Assembly (NCBI RefSeq): GCF_000025505.1
Contig: NC_013849.1
Location: forward strand, 540,001-572,000
Reading direction: 5' to 3'
Length of the DNA stretch: 32,000 nucleotides
Source: Ferroglobus placidus DSM 10642
Lineage (GTDB): Archaea; Halobacteriota; Archaeoglobi; Archaeoglobales; Archaeoglobaceae
Translations under genes and position numbers: made by a program
Shown: positions 26,225 to 32,000 of the stretch, piece by piece
Layout: the number at the start of each line of letters is the position of its first letter
Numbering within the stretch: position 1 is the stretch's first letter
Notes under the pieces: generated by a model
What the model was told of the DNA's origin: nothing
The model's database searches: none
Seen by the model: only the letters and a program-made list of their open reading frames with translations

Positions 26225-26576
26225 CTTTTTGCTATTTTTGATCAAACTCAAATATTCTCGGAGTCCGTTGATTCTCTCGCAGTAACTATTTCGAAATCTT
26301 TCCCAATCTTGTAAGAACGAAATTTCTTTCAAAGACCTCGTAGACTTCTTCTACGTCCACAGCATGTTTTTCTCGAATCTTAGCCAAAATTTCAGGCCTG
26401 ATCTTGATCAGATTTCTCCCATCTCAAATTTTTAAGAAGTTCTTCAAGGGTACGATGAAGAAATTGAAGCGATAATACGAGCGGGGAAAATACGGAAGCG
26501 TTGAGAAAGTTTTGAGAGAAGGGGATGTACTGTTAATTTGAACAAACCTTTATATTCTCTCTGACCACTTACAAAC

Positions 26577-27488
26577 ATGAAGCTGGAAATAAATGGAGTT
26601 CCGGTAGAAGACACCTACTGCGAGGCTTTTGACGGGATATATTCCCGTTTGTTGATTACAGCAAAGCACAGGTGGCTTTTGAAGAAAGCAGCTTACGGCT
26701 CCACAGCTTTACCTTCTACGGTTTTCGGCGAGTCTGAGGGAGGAGTTGAAAAGTTCGTCTCGCCGGAAGAAACCCCCGACGGAAGGCAGGGGGCGATAAT
26801 TCAGATATGGGTTCAGAAGACTAAGAACTTCAAAGACGTTTTGATGAGGGAGCTTGGAAAGAGAATAAGGCAGGGGATTCTTGTCGTTCCAACTACGAGG
26901 CTTTTCAACGCCACTCAGAGCGAGAACTACATAGACGCTGAAATAAACGTTGGAAGATGCGGTGACGGCTACGAGTGGGAGGAGGAGATGTGGGGAAGGA
27001 AGGTGATAAGAATCCCCATAATGTTCGGAGAGTTCATAATAGAACGATACCTCGGCTACGCTGAGGGAATAGCTGGAGGAAACGTGTGGTTCTTCTGCGA
27101 GAGCGAAGAGGCAGCGTTAGAAGCTGGAGAGGCTGCTGTTGAAGCTTTGAAAAACATGGAGGGAGTGATAACGTCTTTTGACATATGCTCCGCTGGAAGC
27201 AAACCCGAGACTAAATACCCTGAGATAGGTCCGACGACCAATCATTACTACTGCCCGACATTGAAAGGAAAAATTCCGGACTCAAAAGTTCCCGAGGGAG
27301 TGAAAAGCATTCCGGAGATAGTGATTAACGGAGTGAACATCGAAGCCGTGAAGAAAGCCATGTATGTTTGCCTCGAAGTGGCAAGCAAGGTTGACGGAGT
27401 CGTTAAGCTTTCAGCCGGAAACTACGGAGGGAAACTCGGACAGCACAAAATATACCTGAAAGATATTATAGAAGAGTATGGGGAGTAA
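26577..27488 (+). CDS. ftr: Formylmethanofuran--tetrahydromethanopterin N-formyltransferase
   Basis: 303 aa; [63 protein letters not shown]. Confidence 0.96.
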   Translation: MKLEINGVPVEDTYCEAFDGIYSRLLITAKHRWLLKKAAYGSTALPSTVFGESEGGVEKFVSPEETPDGRQGAIIQIWVQKTKNFKDVLMRELGKRIRQGILVVPTTRLFNATQSENYIDAEINVGRCGDGYEWEEEMWGRKVIRIPIMFGEFIIERYLGYAEGIAGGNVWFFCESEEAALEAGEAAVEALKNMEGVITSFDICSAGSKPETKYPEIGPTTNHYYCPTLKGKIPDSKVPEGVKSIPEIVINGVNIEAVKKAMYVCLEVASKVDGVVKLSAGNYGGKLGQHKIYLKDIIEEYGE

Positions 27489-27956
27489 TTAAAAGACGTA
27501 GAGGAGGTAGTAGACTGCTAAACCTGAAGCGAAAGACAGAATCCACGTTAGGATCGTTAGTTTTCCAACCTTGTGATGCTTTTTCTTTTCTTTCTCGATC
27601 ATCTTTCTTCCGTTCGTTTTCTCCGTGCTCCTAAATCCGTGGTATATCGTGTAAGCAGCAAGGATTAACACGACGATGGAGATTATTGAGTGGAATATTA
27701 CCGTTGGAAGGTAAACGTAAATTTTTACGAACTCCGAGCCGGTAAATTCAGTTCTCCCTTCAACAAGGGATTTTACCATATAGCTAACCATGAATGAGAC
27801 GTCGAGGATAAAGGCGGATAGCATGGTTTTGTAGTGGGGGGAAATTTTTCTCTTCCTCGCGAAGTAGTATCCGGAAAGGAAAGCGAAGGTTACGAAGAAT
27901 TCGAGAATTAAGCTTAAATCTGAGAAGAAACTCGCTCTCGTTCCGAAAATTCCCAT
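27489..27956 (-). CDS. DUF420-like membrane protein
   Basis: 155 aa; about four TM, conserved-type His positions (PHYKTMLSAFILDVSFMVSY, FHSIISIV, HHKVGKLTILTWILSFASGLAVYYLLY). Confidence 0.72.
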   Translation of the reverse strand: MGIFGTRASFFSDLSLILEFFVTFAFLSGYYFARKRKISPHYKTMLSAFILDVSFMVSYMVKSLVEGRTEFTGSEFVKIYVYLPTVIFHSIISIVVLILAAYTIYHGFRSTEKTNGRKMIEKEKKKHHKVGKLTILTWILSFASGLAVYYLLYVF

Positions 27957-28005
27957 GTTTTAAAGAACGGAGTAAGCTTCTTAAAGTTTACCGTCAACTT
28001 TTATC

Positions 28006-28494
28006 GTGTACGTTGAAGGGGACACGCTAATAGTTGACGAGAAAATTGTTGAGGGGAATTTGACTCACAAAGTAATTAGGTTCAATCTTCCTTGCAAAGT
28101 TAAGGGATTCGTTAAAGCTGAGAAAGTGGAGTGTGTGAACCTCGAAGTTTTCTCCTTCATTCAAGCGGAAGACGTGAGGGCTGCGAAACACATCTTTTCT
28201 TACAGCTACATAAAAGCCGGGGTAATCTCAGCCGGCGGATTCATCAAAGCGAGGGAGATATTCGCAAGAGAAGTCGAGGCGGAGTGGTATATTGAAGCTG
28301 AAAAAATAAGAGCTGGTAAAATAGAGGCTAGGAAGTCAATTCTTGCCAAATCCATAGAAGCTGAGAAGGTTATTGCCGGAACGACTGTAAAGGCTGAAGA
28401 GATAAAGTGCTCTTACCTAAAAGCTTGGGAGTTGGTGGCGAAAAAAGCTGAAGTTGAGCGAATGGACGTGAAAAAGCTAAAATATAAAGCTTAA
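28006..28494 (+). CDS. Beta-helix/bactofilin-like repeat protein
   Basis: 162 aa composed of short periodic units (IKAGVISAGGFIKAREIFAREVEAEWYIEAEKIRAGKIEARKSILAKSIEAEKVIAGTTVKAEEI). Confidence 0.72.
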   Translation: MYVEGDTLIVDEKIVEGNLTHKVIRFNLPCKVKGFVKAEKVECVNLEVFSFIQAEDVRAAKHIFSYSYIKAGVISAGGFIKAREIFAREVEAEWYIEAEKIRAGKIEARKSILAKSIEAEKVIAGTTVKAEEIKCSYLKAWELVAKKAEVERMDVKKLKYKA

Positions 28495-29091
28495 GAGGTT
28501 GAGTATCAAATCCGAAATGCTCTGAATGATTCCTCTCTCCTCTTTTACTTCAACTTTCTCGATTTTTTCGGCTGAGACTTTCTTTTCTTCCGTCGGTGGA
28601 ATGTAGTCTTTTATCTTCTCTCCGTGGCAAGCTGTGCAAATTTCATCGAGAACTCTTGAGTGAACGGCGTGGGGATTGCTGCCGTGGCATTCCGTGCAGA
28701 GATTTGTTTCGGGTTTTGAAGCGACGTCTCCGTGGCAGGTCGAGCAGCTCAGCTTGTAGTGGGGATCGTGAACGTGAATTCCCAGATTTCTTTTATCGTA
28801 CTCGCTGCCCACGTGGCATTTAATGCAAACGTCGACTCCGTGTAATTCCTCAATCTGCCTCTGATCTCTGAGGTTTAATTTGGTGTTGTGGCACGGCGTG
28901 CAGGTGAGGAACTTCTCCAGATCTTTTCCAGTTAACGTGTTTATGTGGCAGGGCATGCAAATTTTCGCTTTGTGCCAGTCTGGCATGAGACCTCGATATT
29001 CTTCATACAACGCTACTGTTGGGTTCGTCAGAATGAAAAATAAACTCAATATCGAAAATGCCACAGTTAGTGTGCTTCTGCTCACAGACAA
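28477..29091 (-). CDS. Membrane-anchored hexaheme cytochrome c
   Basis: 204 aa; signal-like N-terminus, six CXXCH (CMPCH, CTPCH, CIKCH, CSTCH, CTECH, CTACH), C-terminal hydrophobic segment. Confidence 0.92.
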   Translation of the reverse strand: MSVSRSTLTVAFSILSLFFILTNPTVALYEEYRGLMPDWHKAKICMPCHINTLTGKDLEKFLTCTPCHNTKLNLRDQRQIEELHGVDVCIKCHVGSEYDKRNLGIHVHDPHYKLSCSTCHGDVASKPETNLCTECHGSNPHAVHSRVLDEICTACHGEKIKDYIPPTEEKKVSAEKIEKVEVKEERGIIQSISDLILNLLSFIF

Positions 29092-29138
29092 TGATAATTT
29101 GGTAAAATATTTATTTCTTTTGTTTTGAATTTAGACTC

Positions 29139-30944
29139 GTGAATGTCAGAATCTTGCTTTCAATTTTGATAGCATGTTTCTTGTCGTTTCCAGCATCAGC
29201 AATTTCCGAAGTGAATGTAAAATTCGTTAGCTATGTAAAAGATTTTGGATTGTATGTTGAAGAAAAACCATTATACGGTAAAAACGATGAAGTGAAAGTG
29301 TACGTTGATGCTAAGGGTGTAAATCATTTTAGAGCGTATTCCGTAGATTTTGCGTTTGTTATCTACGATCCGGAAGGGTATCCGGTGTTGGGTGCTTTAG
29401 AGCATAAAGAAGGTACTGGCTGGGAAGACGAAGTTTATGCGGTATATACTTTTAAAATTCCAGAAAACTGGATAAACGGTAAATACAAGCTTGATGTTTA
29501 CGTTTTTGATGTCCTGAACACTACTGCTACTTACCAGGAATACAAATCCTTTGTAGATAGATTAATAGAGAAGGGCGAGGCAAGTATAAGTGTTAAAGAA
29601 AAATCGAGAAAGGATGTAGATTACGTCAAAAAAACTGTTTACTTTACGGTGGTTGATTATGTGCCTCCGAAAGTATATCTCTTCGATTCTCATTTAAAAG
29701 CCAAGGAGCTTCCTCCCGGGATGAACAACTCTCTGATCTTTACTGCTTTTAATTCGGGAGAAAAACCAGCTAAATTTTACGTCTGGCTTTACATCGATGG
29801 TAAGAAAGTCTCTAAGAAAAAGGTTGAAATTGGTGCCAAGAAGTACCTTAGAGTTGAATTTGAAATCCCTCAGCTTGAGGTCGGTAAGCATAGAATTGAG
29901 GTAGTGCCCGAATGGAATAATGTCGTTTATGCTAAGGGTTTGCCGATATATGTTCCCCCAATAGTTTTTGACAAACCCGTGCTTATATCTGAGATCGGTA
30001 AGGGGTTTATAGTTCTCTCGAAAAATAACTATGTTCTCGGAAGTGGGGGCGTTTCGAACGAAAAGCAGGGAAATCCAAGTTTTCCGACCGGTGAATACGA
30101 TATGAACAGAGATAATGCGGCTAAAATGATTACCAATATCTTAGCCTACACTTGGCAAAAGGTGAATGGAAAAGGAGATATCGACGTTGCACTCTACATA
30201 AAAAGCGACGATAGAGCTGAGAAAGTTTTGCCAGAGTTATTAGAGTACATTAGCAAGATCAGTGGTGCACCGATAAAATATAAAGGGGTAGTAAGTAAAG
30301 ACGAGCTTGAAGATGTTGATGTACTCTTTTACGTTTCTCCTCATCCCGATTTGAGTGATTTGGAAGAGTTTGTAAAAAAAGGTGGAATTCTCATCGTTGA
30401 TGTATCTACTTACTGGCTACAAATATCGTATCCCTATGACTTTAGAGAAGTCGAGGACTTGTATAGGAGCTTTTTCGATTTTAGCAGTTTAAACAAAACT
30501 GTTTTTATAAAATTAGTTACCGAACTCAAGCTACCCCCTGAGTTAAAGTATGAGAATTTAACGCTGAGCGATTTCCTCGTTAATGTTGGAGAAGAAGTAA
30601 AGATTTCGTTTGACGTGAAAAATGTAGGAGGACCCGGGAAAGTTCCGATTTCGGTTTTTGTGAACGATGAGGAGGTATACAACGAAACAGTGGAATTTTT
30701 CCCGAATGAGCAAAAGCACATAGAACTCACTTACGTTCCGCAGAAAGAGGGAGCATACAAAGTTACGGTTGACGGTATTTCGAAAGTCTTCTTTGCAAAA
30801 GAAATTAAGAAAGAAAACGTTACGGCAAAAGAGAAGGCAACTCCGAAACCTGAAATGAAAAGAAGGGAAAATGCAGCACTTGTAGTAGCACTGGTTGGAA
30901 TTTTAGCAGTTTTAATCGCAATAAGATTGTATTTGAGAAAATGA
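29139..30944 (+). CDS. Cell-surface protein with CARDB-like domains and C-terminal TM anchor
   Basis: 601 aa; N-terminal signal, FTAFNSGEKPAKFYVWLYIDGKKVSKKKVEIGAKKYLRVEFEIPQLEVGKHRIEVV and VKNVGGPGKVPISVFVNDEEVYNETVEFFPNEQKHIEL are CARDB-like; C-terminal TM then RLYLRK. Confidence 0.82.
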   Translation: MNVRILLSILIACFLSFPASAISEVNVKFVSYVKDFGLYVEEKPLYGKNDEVKVYVDAKGVNHFRAYSVDFAFVIYDPEGYPVLGALEHKEGTGWEDEVYAVYTFKIPENWINGKYKLDVYVFDVLNTTATYQEYKSFVDRLIEKGEASISVKEKSRKDVDYVKKTVYFTVVDYVPPKVYLFDSHLKAKELPPGMNNSLIFTAFNSGEKPAKFYVWLYIDGKKVSKKKVEIGAKKYLRVEFEIPQLEVGKHRIEVVPEWNNVVYAKGLPIYVPPIVFDKPVLISEIGKGFIVLSKNNYVLGSGGVSNEKQGNPSFPTGEYDMNRDNAAKMITNILAYTWQKVNGKGDIDVALYIKSDDRAEKVLPELLEYISKISGAPIKYKGVVSKDELEDVDVLFYVSPHPDLSDLEEFVKKGGILIVDVSTYWLQISYPYDFREVEDLYRSFFDFSSLNKTVFIKLVTELKLPPELKYENLTLSDFLVNVGEEVKISFDVKNVGGPGKVPISVFVNDEEVYNETVEFFPNEQKHIELTYVPQKEGAYKVTVDGISKVFFAKEIKKENVTAKEKATPKPEMKRRENAALVVALVGILAVLIAIRLYLRK

Positions 30945-31188
30945 CGCTCTCCGATTACGAGATACTCGTCTTAAAAAAGTTAAAAAAGGGAAAAGTGTTG
31001 GGGAGATTGCTAAGGAGCTTGGTTTGCCTGAGCCGATAGTAAGAATAGCGATAGAGAGAGTAAAAAATAAAGAGCTGCCAAAAAAAAGAATAGAATTGAC
31101 GAAAAGTGCCATATTTTTACTTATCGATGCGATAATTCTTTATGTTTTATTGAAGATATTAATAGAGGTGGCAAAATGGTTCCTTTAA
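30941..31188 (+). CDS. Small HTH-like protein with C-terminal TM, readable only through a -1 frameshift
   Basis: Frame 0 (30941-31039) gives MTLSDYEILVLKKLKKGKVLG.. then stops. Slipping -1 at A_AAA_AAG gives MTLSDYEILVLKKLKKGKSVGEIAKELGLPEPIVRIAIERVKNKELPKKRIELTKSAIFLLIDAIILYVLLKILIEVAKWFL. Confidence 0.65.
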
Positions 31189-31853
31189 TAGAGGTACTCG
31201 TAGCCATCCTTGGAGTTTCGTTAGTTCTCCTCTACAACTATAAGGAGGATTTGGTGCTGGTGTTAAGGTTTTCAAGAATCAGGAGTAAGGTAAAAGATGT
31301 TATCAGAGAAAAACCATCTGTGAGAAAAAAGATTGTTATTGCGGCGATTGAACTCTCTGTTTTTGTGTTCTTAATTTATCTTGTGTTGACAATGAAAATC
31401 TTTTGGACGGTCGTCGTGTCTAACAGCATGTATCCGACTTTCGAGAGAGGAGACATGGTCCTCGTTCAAACAATATTTGTCGAGCCTGAAAAGGGAGATA
31501 TCGTTATGTTCGTTAGAGAGGATGTGAATTTGCCAGTGACTCACAGGGTCTTAGATGTTAAGGATGGGCTCGTTTATACAGGAGGTGACGCGTCCGGTCC
31601 GGATTCGACGCCGGTACCTAAAGACAAGATCATTGGTGAAGTTGTGACGATTTTCGGAAAACCTGTAGTCGTTAAGGGTGTCGGAAACTATTTTATTTTA
31701 GATGCTAAAGAACTGAGAGACATCACGCCCTTTGGCGAGGAGTATCTCTTCTATAAGAGTTTGGTTGAAGTTTTTAGAACCTATGCTCTGGCAATAATTG
31801 TTATAGCGATTGCGGCTTATCTCTACTTGAGTTTTAGAGAAATTACTTTTTAA
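31176..31853 (+). CDS. Archaeal signal peptidase I (S26 family)
   Basis: 225 aa; TM then VVSNSMYPTFERGDMVLVQ, PVTHRVLDVKDGLVYTGGDASGPDSTPVPKDKIIGEVV. Confidence 0.93.
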   Translation: MVPLIEVLVAILGVSLVLLYNYKEDLVLVLRFSRIRSKVKDVIREKPSVRKKIVIAAIELSVFVFLIYLVLTMKIFWTVVVSNSMYPTFERGDMVLVQTIFVEPEKGDIVMFVREDVNLPVTHRVLDVKDGLVYTGGDASGPDSTPVPKDKIIGEVVTIFGKPVVVKGVGNYFILDAKELRDITPFGEEYLFYKSLVEVFRTYALAIIVIAIAAYLYLSFREITF

Positions 31854-31869
31854 TATTTTTTAAATTGGT

Positions 31870-32000
31870 TATCCCGTTTTTCAAAGATTCAGTTAGAGAG
31901 TTGTTCGCGTTTCCTCCTACAAGCTTCTTTGCCAGATTATAGTAGTAGTATGCGTAAAAGGCGGATGCTAAAAACATCACGCCCTGTGCAGCAGCAACTC
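31870..32000 (-). CDS. Possible partial membrane protein running off the window edge
   Basis: Minus-strand frame open to the window edge: VAAAQGVMFLASAFYAYYYYNLAKKLVGGNANNSLTESLKNGITNL. The frame stays open into the signal peptidase gene, so the true 3' end is unclear. Confidence 0.35.

Overview
This is an ordinary-looking euryarchaeal chromosome segment, and probably Archaeoglobales-like. That placement is inference from full-length Hef, archaeal LonB, Ftr, a His-type Thi4, multiheme cytochromes and leader-poor promoters; no database search was possible. It encodes Thi4, a LysE-type exporter, Hef, a TatD-like hydrolase, a DUF554 protein, an HD hydrolase, LonB, an alpha/beta hydrolase and a DUF166 protein. 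It also encodes a polyferredoxin, an HDAC-like deacetylase, a hydantoinase/oxoprolinase-like protein, a PRC-barrel protein, a thymidylate-synthase-like protein, tRNA-Gly(GCC), Ftr, a DUF420-like protein and signal peptidase. Five regions stand out. (1) 5.1-10.4 kb: a tandem array with roughly 1 kb period in which one extracytoplasmic-type C-terminal module occurs four times. The first three copies are each followed by a small multi-TM gene. A 213-bp block is perfectly identical between copies 1 and 2, copy 3 has a 1-nt frameshift, and copy 4 is truncated. (2) 15.2-19.2 kb: a respiratory operon laid out like nrfABCD, but with an octaheme hydroxylamine-oxidoreductase-family cytochrome in the NrfA slot. 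It is divergent from a BlaI-like winged-helix/PAS-like regulator, with a perfect inverted repeat between them. (3) 30.94-31.19 kb: a small HTH-TM protein readable only through a -1 frameshift at two tandem A_AAA_AAG heptamers, translationally overlapped with its neighbours. (4) 28.0-28.5 kb: a bactofilin/beta-helix-like repeat protein convergent with a hexaheme cytochrome. (5) 24.8-26.1 kb: a strongly divergent ThyA-like protein.
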